Assembly: GCA_943350765.1 (NCBI GenBank)
Contig: CALRAJ010000002.1
Coordinates: forward strand, 7,994 to 71,993
Length of the DNA stretch: 64,000 nt
DNA from: Candidatus Tayloriibacteriota bacterium
Lineage (GTDB): Bacteria > Patescibacteriota > Minisyncoccia > Phycocordibacterales > PALSA-1337
Direction of reading: 5' to 3'
Made by a program: the position numbers and the translations under genes. The notes under the pieces are model-generated. The model did not search any database. It was not told where the DNA came from and worked only from the letters and a program-made list of their open reading frames with translations. Shown here one piece after another: positions 36,163 through 44,713 of the stretch. The stretch's first letter is position 1, and each line of letters starts with the position of its first letter.

Positions 36163-38628
36163 ATGCAAACAAATAATATACTACGATATGTGGTTTTGGG
36201 TGGGATTTTTTTAGTGCCATTTGTTTTCCTAATCGTCTCAGAAAGCTTGTTTTTTCCATTTATTACAGGTAAAGGTTTCGTATTTCGCGTTATCGTTGAG
36301 ATTGTTTTTGGTACATGGCTAATTTTAGCATTACGAGATAGGTCGTATATGCCGAGCTTTTCGAAACTTACTATAGCACTAATTTCATTTACAGGTATTG
36401 TACTCATTGCTGATTTAGCTGGTATGAATCCAGTAAAAAGTCTCTGGAGCAATTACGAGCGGATGGAAGGCTTTGTAGTCATGGCACATCTACTAGGCTA
36501 CTATTTAGTCGCAAGCTCAGTTTTAACGACAGAAAAGCTTTGGGATAAGTTTATGCACACAGCTTTTGGTGTAGGGCTATTTATCTCTTTTTATGCTTTT
36601 CTACAAAAAATCGGAGAAATAAAAATCAATCAAGGCGACACCCGTCTCGACGCCACTCTCGGTAACTCGATTTATCTCGCGGTCACCATGCTGTTCCTGA
36701 TCTTCTTTGGTGTTTTGTGGTTTATACGAAATCGTACTAATATCTCAAATATTTTGTATAGCTGGATACTCGGTCTAGGACTTTTTATCGCCTATCCATT
36801 TTATGCTTATTACCAAAAGTTTTCTGAGATTCAAGACTATTACGGTAAAAATGTTATTCCACAAGAGGTAAAAGATCGAGTATTTTTTTGGGCTGGGCAA
36901 ACTCAAGCGGGTGTTACGACGGGATTGTGGCAACCGATACTTTTTTGGTTGGCAATAGTTTTGTTTATTGTGGCAGTGTACACATACGCAAAGAGTTCTA
37001 AACTAAGTTCGTCTCTACATAAATGGACGGCACATATTTTGTACGGATTGCTGATCGTGATCAATGTGGTGGTTTTATTTAATACAGGTACACGAGGTAC
37101 GATCATTGCACTTATGGGTGGCGCTTTTCTGACCGCGATTATTATTGCTTTATTTGAAAAGCATCGACCTTTGGTACGCAAATCTGCGATAGGGGTCATG
37201 GTAATCATCCCGCTTTTAGTGGGTGCGTTTTATATGGTTCGGACAAGTCATTTTGTTACGAGTCACCAAATGATCGCTCGGTATGCCTTGATATTTACAT
37301 ACGAAAACAAAACACAAGCACGAGGCTATGTCTGGCCTATGGCGATAGATGGATTTAAGGAAAAACCAATTCTTGGCTGGGGTCAGGAAAACTTTAGTTA
37401 TGTTTTTAATAAAAACTATGACCCGAGAATGTATGCTCATGAACAGTGGTTTGACCGGGCTCACAATGTGTTTTTGGACTGGCTCATCGCAGGGGGTATA
37501 CTAGCTTTTCTAGGATATGTTTCTTTGTATGGAATAGTGCTTTACTTTTTATGGAGAAAAAGGGAAGTACATTTTTCCGTAGTCGACAAGGCAATACTCA
37601 CGGGTCTTTTGGGAGCGTACGCAGTACATAATGTGTTTGTGTTTGATAATCTAGTCAGCTACATCCTCTTTTTTAGTTTTCTGGCATACATTCACACCCT
37701 TTCTCATCCGCCAAAAAATGAAACTCTTGTAAATTTTGAACTTGAGAAAGGTATTGTGGAGAGTATTATTGCACCAATCGTTATTATTGCGACAATTTTT
37801 GCAATATACATCATCAACTGGAATGCATATTTTGCTGGACAGACTTTGATAGATGCCTTACAACAGAGAAGTGGAAGCCCAACAAAAACACTAGAGCTTT
37901 TCAATCAGGTCTTTGAGTACGATTCGTTTGGTAGTAACGAGGCGAGAGAACAGCTCTCCATGGCTACTGGACAAATGCTCGGGAAAAATGTCGATCCTGC
38001 TATTCAGCAAAAATTCCTAACACTTGTGCGTAAACAGATAGACGAACAGCTCAAAGAAGCACCTTTTGATGCGAGGGCATATGTTTTTGCGGGTGCTTTT
38101 TTTAGTCAGATTGGACTGGCTGGCGAATCAGAAAAATACTTAGAAGATGCCTATAAGCTGTCTCCAAACAAGCAAAGTATCATTATCCAGCTCGGTGAAA
38201 ATAAAATGAACCTAGGGAAAATAGATGAGGCTGTTACTTTGTTTAAAAAGGCATATGAGCTGGAAACAACACAAGAACAAGCTAGAAATATTTATATTTC
38301 TGTACTCGTCTATGCCAAGCAAGAAAAAGAAGCCGAAAGGATTTTGATGGAATCATACGGCACTACTGTAATACCAGATGAGCGTTTGTTGCAAGCTTAT
38401 ATAAATACAAATAATTTTAAAAAGGCGTTACCGATAGTAGAGTTATTAATTGAAAAAGAACCGAGAAATGTAAAACATCATTTTGCTCTGGGTATTATTT
38501 TATATAAACTCGGACAAACAACAAAGGCAATCGCAGAGCTTGATCTAATAGTTAAAATGGAGCCAAGTACAAAAGGACAGATTGATGAGTATATAAAGTT
38601 GATGAAGGCAGGTAAGTCGATACAATAA
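36163..38628 (+). CDS. O-antigen ligase/polymerase-like (Wzy_C) membrane protein with C-terminal TPR repeats
   Basis: 821 aa; multi-TM N-half with Wzy_C-like segment; C-terminal 250 aa with TPR-like repeats. Confidence 0.7.
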   Translation: MQTNNILRYVVLGGIFLVPFVFLIVSESLFFPFITGKGFVFRVIVEIVFGTWLILALRDRSYMPSFSKLTIALISFTGIVLIADLAGMNPVKSLWSNYERMEGFVVMAHLLGYYLVASSVLTTEKLWDKFMHTAFGVGLFISFYAFLQKIGEIKINQGDTRLDATLGNSIYLAVTMLFLIFFGVLWFIRNRTNISNILYSWILGLGLFIAYPFYAYYQKFSEIQDYYGKNVIPQEVKDRVFFWAGQTQAGVTTGLWQPILFWLAIVLFIVAVYTYAKSSKLSSSLHKWTAHILYGLLIVINVVVLFNTGTRGTIIALMGGAFLTAIIIALFEKHRPLVRKSAIGVMVIIPLLVGAFYMVRTSHFVTSHQMIARYALIFTYENKTQARGYVWPMAIDGFKEKPILGWGQENFSYVFNKNYDPRMYAHEQWFDRAHNVFLDWLIAGGILAFLGYVSLYGIVLYFLWRKREVHFSVVDKAILTGLLGAYAVHNVFVFDNLVSYILFFSFLAYIHTLSHPPKNETLVNFELEKGIVESIIAPIVIIATIFAIYIINWNAYFAGQTLIDALQQRSGSPTKTLELFNQVFEYDSFGSNEAREQLSMATGQMLGKNVDPAIQQKFLTLVRKQIDEQLKEAPFDARAYVFAGAFFSQIGLAGESEKYLEDAYKLSPNKQSIIIQLGENKMNLGKIDEAVTLFKKAYELETTQEQARNIYISVLVYAKQEKEAERILMESYGTTVIPDERLLQAYINTNNFKKALPIVELLIEKEPRNVKHHFALGIILYKLGQTTKAIAELDLIVKMEPSTKGQIDEYIKLMKAGKSIQ

Positions 38629-38645
38629 ATTTTAGGACAGGTAGT

Positions 38646-38687
38646 GTAATTCCCCCGATTTTTGTACTCAAAAATCGGGGGAATTAC
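38646..38687. terminator. Perfect 18-bp hairpin GTAATTCCCCCGATTTTT-GTACTC-AAAAATCGGGGGAATTAC
   Basis: Immediately after the ligase gene; no clean T-run. Confidence 0.4.
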
Positions 38688-38693
38688 ATGCTA

Positions 38694-38721
38694 TTGACTT
38701 TTGCTATAGATTTGCTATACT
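38694..38721 (+). promoter_or_regulatory. Near-consensus sigma70 promoter TTGACT-N16-TATACT
   Basis: TTGACT (38694-38699), 16-nt spacer, TATACT (38716-38721); followed by hairpins and a GC hairpin CCCCGCC-TC-GGCGGGG (38777-38792). Confidence 0.4.
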
Positions 38722-38891
38722 TTACCATGTGAGTACTAACAAAGGTGTTAGTGCCAAACGAATGACTGCGTAAGTCCCCGCCTCGGCGGGGGTTTGCGTT
38801 TATGGCTAAACCAAATTTACTAATTTGGTCGCCCGAACATTTTTTACTAAAAATGTTTTAGGGGAAGTCTTCTGTCTCCAGTGTCTCGAAT

Positions 38892-39103
38892 CCCAAATCT
38901 CTTTCTCGGCACGACCTTTTTCATGCACGAGTATTTCTATGGTAAGAAATCTCTCAAATCTCGCGTGCCATGCCGTAGCCTTTGGCGAAGGCAGGGCTGC
39001 CCATGCACATGAAACTTGCTAGTTTCAGTATCTTCCTCGCCTCCGCTCGTCGACTTCCGAACCCTCTTAAAAAGACATACCTTCGACGAATTTTGCAATT
39101 TTA
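38892..39103. mobile_element. MITE-like element, diverged/expanded copy 5
   Basis: Shares CACGAGTATTTCT-TGGTAAGAAATCTCTCAA and the 3' end CTTAAAAAGACATACCTTCGACGAATTTTGCAATTTT with the other copies; carries an about 70-nt internal insertion. Confidence 0.45.
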
Positions 39104-39295
39104 AATACAAATTCCATTCGGTTGGTGGGGAGAACTTAAATTTTTATTTAACTGGGGTATATTAGTTTGCTGTAGAAAGATTTATTATGGTATACTGATT
39201 GTAATATATTGTTCCAAGTTGTGGTCGACGACTGTACTCACAATAGTCATTTATTTGGAGCTCACACCCGTCGACCAGAATTTGGCGTAATATCT

Positions 39296-40363
39296 ATGAA
39301 AGATTTAGTAATACAAGAAAACATTGTGCTTCGAGATTATACGACTTTTAAAATCGGGGGAAACGCCCGATATTTTTGTGTAATAAAAAACACAGAAGAT
39401 CTAAAATCGGCACGCGTTTTTGCCGAACAAAAACGCGTGCCGATTTTTATCCTCGGTGGCGGTTCAAACATTTTGATATCAGATGACGGTTTTGATGGTC
39501 TAGTCATCAAAAACGAAATCAAGGGTATACAGTATGAAAAACAGCCAGACGGTAAAACCCTAACGACAGTCGGTGCAGGAGAAGTCTGGGACTTTTTTGT
39601 CTCGGATACCATTGCTCACGACCTAGGTGGACTCGAAAACCTCTCTGGTATCCCTGGCACAGTCGGTGCCTCCCCAGTGCAAAATATCGGTGCTTATGGA
39701 GCAGAAGTCAAAGATACTATTGTTTCGGTTACAGCCATCGATCATATCACTGGCGAGGAGAAAATTTTCTCACATGACGAATGTCAGTTTAGTTATCGTC
39801 ATAGTTTCTTTAAAACTTACGCAGGTAAAAAATGGGTCATCACTTATGTGCAGTTTTTACTCGATTCTCTCAAGCCTATTTCAATAGAGTATAAAGACCT
39901 CGTTACTTATTTTGTACCCAAGAACTACACTACAATTTCAAGGCAGAATGTGCGTGATGCTGTGCTCGCTATCCGTCATGCAAAGTTACCTGAATTAAAA
40001 AGCCTAGGCACCGCTGGATCATTTTTTAAAAATGTTACCATCTCAAAACAGCAGTATGAAAATCTAAAAATAAAGTGGCCAAATCTACCAGGCTTCCCAG
40101 TATTGACTTCCGACTCCCGACTTTTGACTACCAAAATCCCTCTCGCTTGGATTCTGGACAATATCTGTGGCTTCAAAGGTATGCGAGTCGGGGAAGTAGG
40201 TGTTTATAAAAATCAGGCACTGGTTTTAATCAATTACGGTCAGGGTACCGCAGTAGATATTGCTAATCTAGCAAAATCTATGCAGGAAAAAGTGTATGAA
40301 ATGACAGGTATTACTATCGAGCCAGAGGTGGAGTATATTTTTCCGGAAAAGTTGTTAAAATAG
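39296..40363 (+). CDS. murB: UDP-N-acetylenolpyruvoylglucosamine reductase
   Basis: FAD-binding FKIGGNARYF..., GGGSNIL; MurB C-terminal domain. Start refined from 39209 to the conserved MKDLVIQENI. Confidence 0.85.
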   Translation: MKDLVIQENIVLRDYTTFKIGGNARYFCVIKNTEDLKSARVFAEQKRVPIFILGGGSNILISDDGFDGLVIKNEIKGIQYEKQPDGKTLTTVGAGEVWDFFVSDTIAHDLGGLENLSGIPGTVGASPVQNIGAYGAEVKDTIVSVTAIDHITGEEKIFSHDECQFSYRHSFFKTYAGKKWVITYVQFLLDSLKPISIEYKDLVTYFVPKNYTTISRQNVRDAVLAIRHAKLPELKSLGTAGSFFKNVTISKQQYENLKIKWPNLPGFPVLTSDSRLLTTKIPLAWILDNICGFKGMRVGEVGVYKNQALVLINYGQGTAVDIANLAKSMQEKVYEMTGITIEPEVEYIFPEKLLK

Positions 40364-40377
40364 CCCAAAATATCTTC

Positions 40378-40442
40378 AACGGCTCACTGGTCTGTAGTCG
40401 ATGGCTCACTGCTTTTTAATACAAAGCAGTGAGCCATCGACC
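40378..40442. repeat. GATGGCTCACTG-family repeat, left boundary of the R-M island (half-site plus 18-bp hairpin)
   Basis: CAACGGCTCACTGGTCTGTAGTCGATGGCTCACTGCTTT-TTAATAC-AAAGCAGTGAGCCATCGACC; near-identical to 44018-44105. Confidence 0.65.
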
Positions 40443-40570
40443 TAAAATATAGCTATAATAAAGGGTTCAATTAGTATTGGTAGGTATATAGGTAAGCGAT
40501 GTACAAGACTATATATTTCTACAAGCAAAAATGATAGAATGGATATATGTGAATGATTTAAAAAAACACT

Positions 40571-41842
40571 ATGAGTAAAGATATAATTACACTATTAAAT
40601 AAAACAAAGATTGATCACTCATGGTCTTTTTCTGATAAGACAAGAAAGGACACGGCGTATATTACGCATGGTTATCATCGCTACCCAGCAAAGTTTATTC
40701 CTCAAATAGTCTCTCGTTTGGCAGAAAAATACACCCGAGAAGGAGATTTTATCGTTGATCCATTTGGTGGGTGTGGAACGACACTCGTTGAATCAAAAGT
40801 TATGGGGCGACCATCAATTGCTGTTGATATTAACCCTGTTGCAGTTTTGATAACAAAAGCAAAAATCACCCCAATTAACCCCGATAAAATTGAGAAAGAA
40901 TTTGCAACACTTCAGAAGAGATTAGAAACTTATAACGAAGATACAAAAGTCAAAGCACATGAACATGAACGGATAGATTATTGGTTCAAACCCGAAAATA
41001 AAAGGAAGCTCGCCTTTATCTTTACCGAAATTTCAAAAATTAAAGATCAGGATGTTCAAGACTTTTTCTTTTGTGGATTTTCAAATATTCTCAAAAATTG
41101 TTCAATATGGTTACAAAAAAGCAATAAGCCGACGAGAGATTTTGAAAAGAAACCGTCAGATCCAATTAAAACTTTTTTTAAGCAAATAAAAATGATGTTG
41201 CGTGGCAACACACGACTATTTGAATTATTATCAGAGAAAGGTTATTTGAAAATTCCAAGCAAGGTAGTTTGTACGGACGCAAGGACAATTCCAGCAAAAG
41301 ACAATAGTATTAGCTTGATCGTTACCTCTCCGCCATATGTTACCTCATACGAATATGCCGATTTACACCAACTTACTGCATTATGGCTAGAATATACAAA
41401 GGATTTGAGTGATTTCAGAAAGCGTTTTATTGGCACTTCATATCACAGTAAGAAAGATTTGATACTCAATAGTTCAATCGCAGAAAGTATCCGAAAAGAA
41501 TTGCTGGAAATAGACAAAAAGACTGCCGAAGAAGTCTCAACATACTTCAGCGAAATGAATCAGGTTTTTGTTGAGATGGAAAGGATACTCAAGAAAGGAG
41601 GAAAAACGTGTATTGTTGTCGGGAACACGAGCCTGAAAGGTGTTAAAATACTAAACGCCGAGGTTTTTGTTGAACAATTACAAAATTTAGGACTGAAAGT
41701 CACGGATGTTATCAAAAGGGAAATACCTTCAAAAAATTTACCCTCAGTGAGAGATAAAAAAACAGGCAAGTTTGCAGCGATAACGGATAAAAATAAAGTT
41801 TCCGCATATCCAACAGAATATATATTAGTAATGCAAAAATAA
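40571..41842 (+). CDS. DNA methyltransferase (N4-cytosine/N6-adenine family, SPPY type)
   Basis: HRYPAKFIPQIV...GDFIVDPFGGCGTT (SAM-binding motifs X-I), catalytic SPPY (LIVTSPPYVTSYEYAD). Confidence 0.8.
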   Translation: MSKDIITLLNKTKIDHSWSFSDKTRKDTAYITHGYHRYPAKFIPQIVSRLAEKYTREGDFIVDPFGGCGTTLVESKVMGRPSIAVDINPVAVLITKAKITPINPDKIEKEFATLQKRLETYNEDTKVKAHEHERIDYWFKPENKRKLAFIFTEISKIKDQDVQDFFFCGFSNILKNCSIWLQKSNKPTRDFEKKPSDPIKTFFKQIKMMLRGNTRLFELLSEKGYLKIPSKVVCTDARTIPAKDNSISLIVTSPPYVTSYEYADLHQLTALWLEYTKDLSDFRKRFIGTSYHSKKDLILNSSIAESIRKELLEIDKKTAEEVSTYFSEMNQVFVEMERILKKGGKTCIVVGNTSLKGVKILNAEVFVEQLQNLGLKVTDVIKREIPSKNLPSVRDKKTGKFAAITDKNKVSAYPTEYILVMQK

Positions 41843-41846
41843 AAAT

Positions 41847-42530
41847 ATGACCAAACAAGATATTGTTAATTTATATGAGAGGTATAAGAAATTACATGGA
41901 AATAATGCCTTCAAACATATTTCTGCAATTTTAATTGAGGCAAAAGGACTTCACAACAAAGATTTTTTGAAAAATCCAACCCCAAAAGGTGATCATGAGC
42001 AATCATGGAAGGGTTTCAAAGGTAGTGCTTTAGAGACATTAATTGATCATGTCTTAAAAGAAGAAGTAAATAGTTTGGGGTTAAATATTGTATCAGGAAA
42101 AAAGTTTGAAAAAACTAAGCCAGAGAATTTATCGATAGAATTGCAGACTGTTAAGAGAAATCTTTCTATTGATTTTGGTGAATTTGGTTTTCATATACCA
42201 GATGTTGATCTAGTAATATATAATCCAAAAACCTTCAAGGTCGTTGCTGTTTTATCAAGCAAGTCGACTTTGCGAGAAAGAATAGCCCAATCAGGTTATT
42301 GGAATATAAAAATTAAGAACTACGATTTAACAAAACATATTAAGGTGTTTTTTGTAAGCCCAGATGAAGACGGTAATTTTTCTCTCGGAAGAAATCTTGG
42401 AAAGAGTAGAGCGATTGTGGAAACAGATCTTGATGGAGCATATGTTATGACAGAGCAATCCGTTAGAGAAAGTGAGAAAGTCAAAACATTTGATAAATTT
42501 ATTGATGATCTTAAAAAACTTTTGAAATAA
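41847..42530 (+). CDS. Hypothetical protein, candidate restriction endonuclease by context
   Basis: 227 aa between two DNA MTases; possible PD..D/ExK-like residues (IPDVDLVIY...SSK) but not convincing. Confidence 0.3.
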   Translation: MTKQDIVNLYERYKKLHGNNAFKHISAILIEAKGLHNKDFLKNPTPKGDHEQSWKGFKGSALETLIDHVLKEEVNSLGLNIVSGKKFEKTKPENLSIELQTVKRNLSIDFGEFGFHIPDVDLVIYNPKTFKVVAVLSSKSTLRERIAQSGYWNIKIKNYDLTKHIKVFFVSPDEDGNFSLGRNLGKSRAIVETDLDGAYVMTEQSVRESEKVKTFDKFIDDLKKLLK

Positions 42531-42534
42531 AACT

Positions 42535-42933
42535 ATGGAACAATTACTTTTACAACTTGGGTTAGGAATTGCTTCAAACACGATGTATGATTTTTTGAAG
42601 GATTTTTTCACTAAAAATTATAAACCTGATAGATTACAATTACAAAATAAGCTAGCTTCTTTTCTTGATGTTCAAAACGCCAACATAATAGCCGATAAAA
42701 TTATTACTTTTTTGGCTCAGAATGGAGATATAAGAATTAATGGAACGAGTATTTACGCTAATGATTCAATTTCTATGTCTTCCACAAAAAACACAAAATT
42801 TACTTTTGGAAATAATAGTTCCAGTACAACGAAAAATACAAAAATAGAAGTTGGTAATGGTGCTTTCATTCAAGGACAAGGCTGTGCAGGAATAAAACAA
42901 AATGACGATGGCAGTATTAATCTTTTTACTTAA
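42535..42933 (+). CDS. Hypothetical small protein with Asn/Ser/Thr-rich C-terminus
   Basis: 132-aa ORF tightly packed (4-bp spacers) inside the R-M island. Confidence 0.35.
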   Translation: MEQLLLQLGLGIASNTMYDFLKDFFTKNYKPDRLQLQNKLASFLDVQNANIIADKIITFLAQNGDIRINGTSIYANDSISMSSTKNTKFTFGNNSSSTTKNTKIEVGNGAFIQGQGCAGIKQNDDGSINLFT

Positions 42934-42936
42934 ATT

Positions 42937-43605
42937 ATGGAAATTGAATCAACAACACTTTGGGATTTTCCAAGACAGAATTATGGAGATACCCCACACG
43001 GAAACAATAAATATAATGGCGTTACCCCTGCGGCAGTAATTTGGAATTTGCTACAACGATACACCAAAGAGGGCGACTTGGTCGTGGATCCGATGTGCGG
43101 AAGTGGAACGACTATCGATGTTGCCAATGAATTGAAGCGTAAGGTTATTGGGTATGATCTTAATGTAACAAGACCAGAAATAATCAAAAATGATTCTCGT
43201 AAAATTCCGCTTGCTGACAATTCCGTTGATTTTATTTTCATTGATTCGCCGTATTCGGACAATATAAACTATTCCGATAATAAGGAGTGTATAGGAAAAA
43301 TATCTTGCGAGAAAACGGAATTTTATGATGAGCTAGAAAAAACCGCTAGTGAAATCGCAAGGATTTTGAAGCCCGGCAAAGCGATTGGTTGGGTAATCGC
43401 TGATCAATGGGTAAAGAAGAAATTTACGCCTGTTGGTTTTTTAATGTGGCAGAGATTAGAAAAATATTTTGAAACAGTCGATATGATTTGCCTCACTCGT
43501 CATAATCAAACATCAAATACGGGAATTTGGCACGAACGAGCAAGACAGTATAACTTTTATCTCAGAGGATTCAAGTATCTATTCATAATGAGAAAAGTTA
43601 AGTAA
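42937..43605 (+). CDS. DNA methyltransferase (short N4/N6 family, second MTase of the island)
   Basis: PAAVIWNLLQRYTKEGDLVVDPMCGSGTT (motifs X-I) and FIFIDSPYSD (motif IV variant); paralogous N-terminus to the MTase at 40571. Confidence 0.7.
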   Translation: MEIESTTLWDFPRQNYGDTPHGNNKYNGVTPAAVIWNLLQRYTKEGDLVVDPMCGSGTTIDVANELKRKVIGYDLNVTRPEIIKNDSRKIPLADNSVDFIFIDSPYSDNINYSDNKECIGKISCEKTEFYDELEKTASEIARILKPGKAIGWVIADQWVKKKFTPVGFLMWQRLEKYFETVDMICLTRHNQTSNTGIWHERARQYNFYLRGFKYLFIMRKVK

Positions 43606-43668
43606 AATAGAAATAGGCATAAAACTATTTAGATGTACCACGCACGCATCGTCTAGTACTAAAAAATC

Positions 43669-43677
43669 TGGTATAAT
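43669..43677 (+). promoter_or_regulatory. Extended -10 element TGGTATAAT, 9 nt upstream of ATG 43687
   Basis: TGnTATAAT; no Shine-Dalgarno; predicts a leaderless or near-leaderless mRNA. Confidence 0.4.
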
Positions 43678-43686
43678 GTCTATACT

Positions 43687-43992
43687 ATGAACTCAACAAA
43701 ATTAATTTTAGTACTGGTGTTGCTAGGGGTACTGATTTGGCTGTATCGAAACAGGTCTAATGTCTGGCGACCAAATAGGGAACGGGTGTGGGCAAAATCG
43801 GAGCATAAGCATCAAGTGATGGAGCTGTTTTTATTGCCAGGTATGCGAGTGAAAAATGACGATGTACAGAGGCTGACTGGTGTTTCTGACGCGACTGCCA
43901 CAAGGTATCTAGATGAACTCGAAAAAGAAGGACTAATACGGCAGGTCGGGGTAGTAGGTGGGTATGTGTATTATGAGAAAATAGGGAAATAG
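43687..43992 (+). CDS. Membrane-anchored winged-helix DNA-binding protein
   Basis: N-terminal TM (LILVLVLLGVLIWLY) plus C-terminal wHTH-like RLTGVSDATATRYLDELEKEGLIRQVG. Confidence 0.45.
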   Translation: MNSTKLILVLVLLGVLIWLYRNRSNVWRPNRERVWAKSEHKHQVMELFLLPGMRVKNDDVQRLTGVSDATATRYLDELEKEGLIRQVGVVGGYVYYEKIGK

Positions 43993-44017
43993 CCCGAAGC
44001 AGAGCCATTTTATGAAA

Positions 44018-44105
44018 CGATGGCTCACTGGTCTGTAGTCGATGGCCCAGTGGTGTTTGGTCGATGGCTCACTGCTTTATAATACAAAGCAGTGAGCCAT
44101 CGACC
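44018..44105. repeat. GATGGCTCACTG-family repeat, right boundary of the R-M island (two half-sites plus 18-bp hairpin)
   Basis: CGATGGCTCACTGGTCTGTAGTCGATGGC...TCGATGGCTCACTGCTTT-ATAATAC-AAAGCAGTGAGCCATCGACC. Confidence 0.65.
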
Positions 44106-44272
44106 TCGTCTGGACTAAATTAAGAAGCTTTTTAGGTATCGGACAACTGATTAATTTTTAAAACAAAGTTTAGTCTCGTTCTATCCCCACGGCAAGCCGT
44201 CGGGGTATTCTCCACAATTAAAATAAAAATCCCCACGAGTGTGAGGAGTCAGGCTGTCGGATTGAGGAGGAA

Positions 44273-44578
44273 ATGGCGAAGTTTGACTGCCCGCTTGCCG
44301 ATGATTTGCTTGAGCCACTGTGCATTAGTGTCGGCACACTGCATGATGAGGAGGGCGTTCTGTTTGGTCAGACCGATCTGTTTGCTGGCTCGGTAAGTAG
44401 TATTCGTAGAAACAGTTCTCCGTACCCTGAATCCAACATTTGCGTTGGCGACAGCAGTGATTGGGCAATGGCAGGTGCATCCGTTTACTCTCCGACCAAG
44501 ACGTATAGAGGTACGGTTCGGGATGATGTGCCAATTACTCGTAAAAAGCTCTTTGTAAGCTTGTTTGAATTCGCGTAG
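44273..44578 (+). CDS. Ambiguous small ORF (101 aa) in a GC-rich 0.45-kb island; an alternative 111-aa ORF lies on the minus strand (44249-44584)
   Basis: Plus ORF preceded by GAGGAGG 5 nt before ATG, atypical for this genome. Minus ORF is followed by a terminator (CCTCAC-ACTC-GTGGGG plus T-run, about 44222-44246). The coding strand cannot be decided by eye. Confidence 0.25.
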   Translation: MAKFDCPLADDLLEPLCISVGTLHDEEGVLFGQTDLFAGSVSSIRRNSSPYPESNICVGDSSDWAMAGASVYSPTKTYRGTVRDDVPITRKKLFVSLFEFA

Positions 44579-44713
44579 TGTCATAAGTAATCCGTGCTGA
44601 GTTTTGTCGAAGAGCGTCCTACGGAGGTGTAGGACTCATTTAATCTAATACTACCAGAAATATGTACTATGTCAAGCCAGCCTAACCAGATTATATGCTA
44701 TAATAACCCCACT

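Noticed and set aside
39209-39295. N-terminal 29-aa extension of murB from the ORF track
   Set aside because: The conserved MurB N-terminus begins at MKDLVIQENI (39296). The upstream extension (MFQVVVDDCTHNSH...) has no counterpart and overlaps the promoter region.
44669-44713. 15-aa N-terminal extension of secA
   Set aside because: TGCTATAAT at 44696-44704 lies inside it. Initiation at ATG 44714 gives the canonical SecA N-terminus (MSFFTKIFG).
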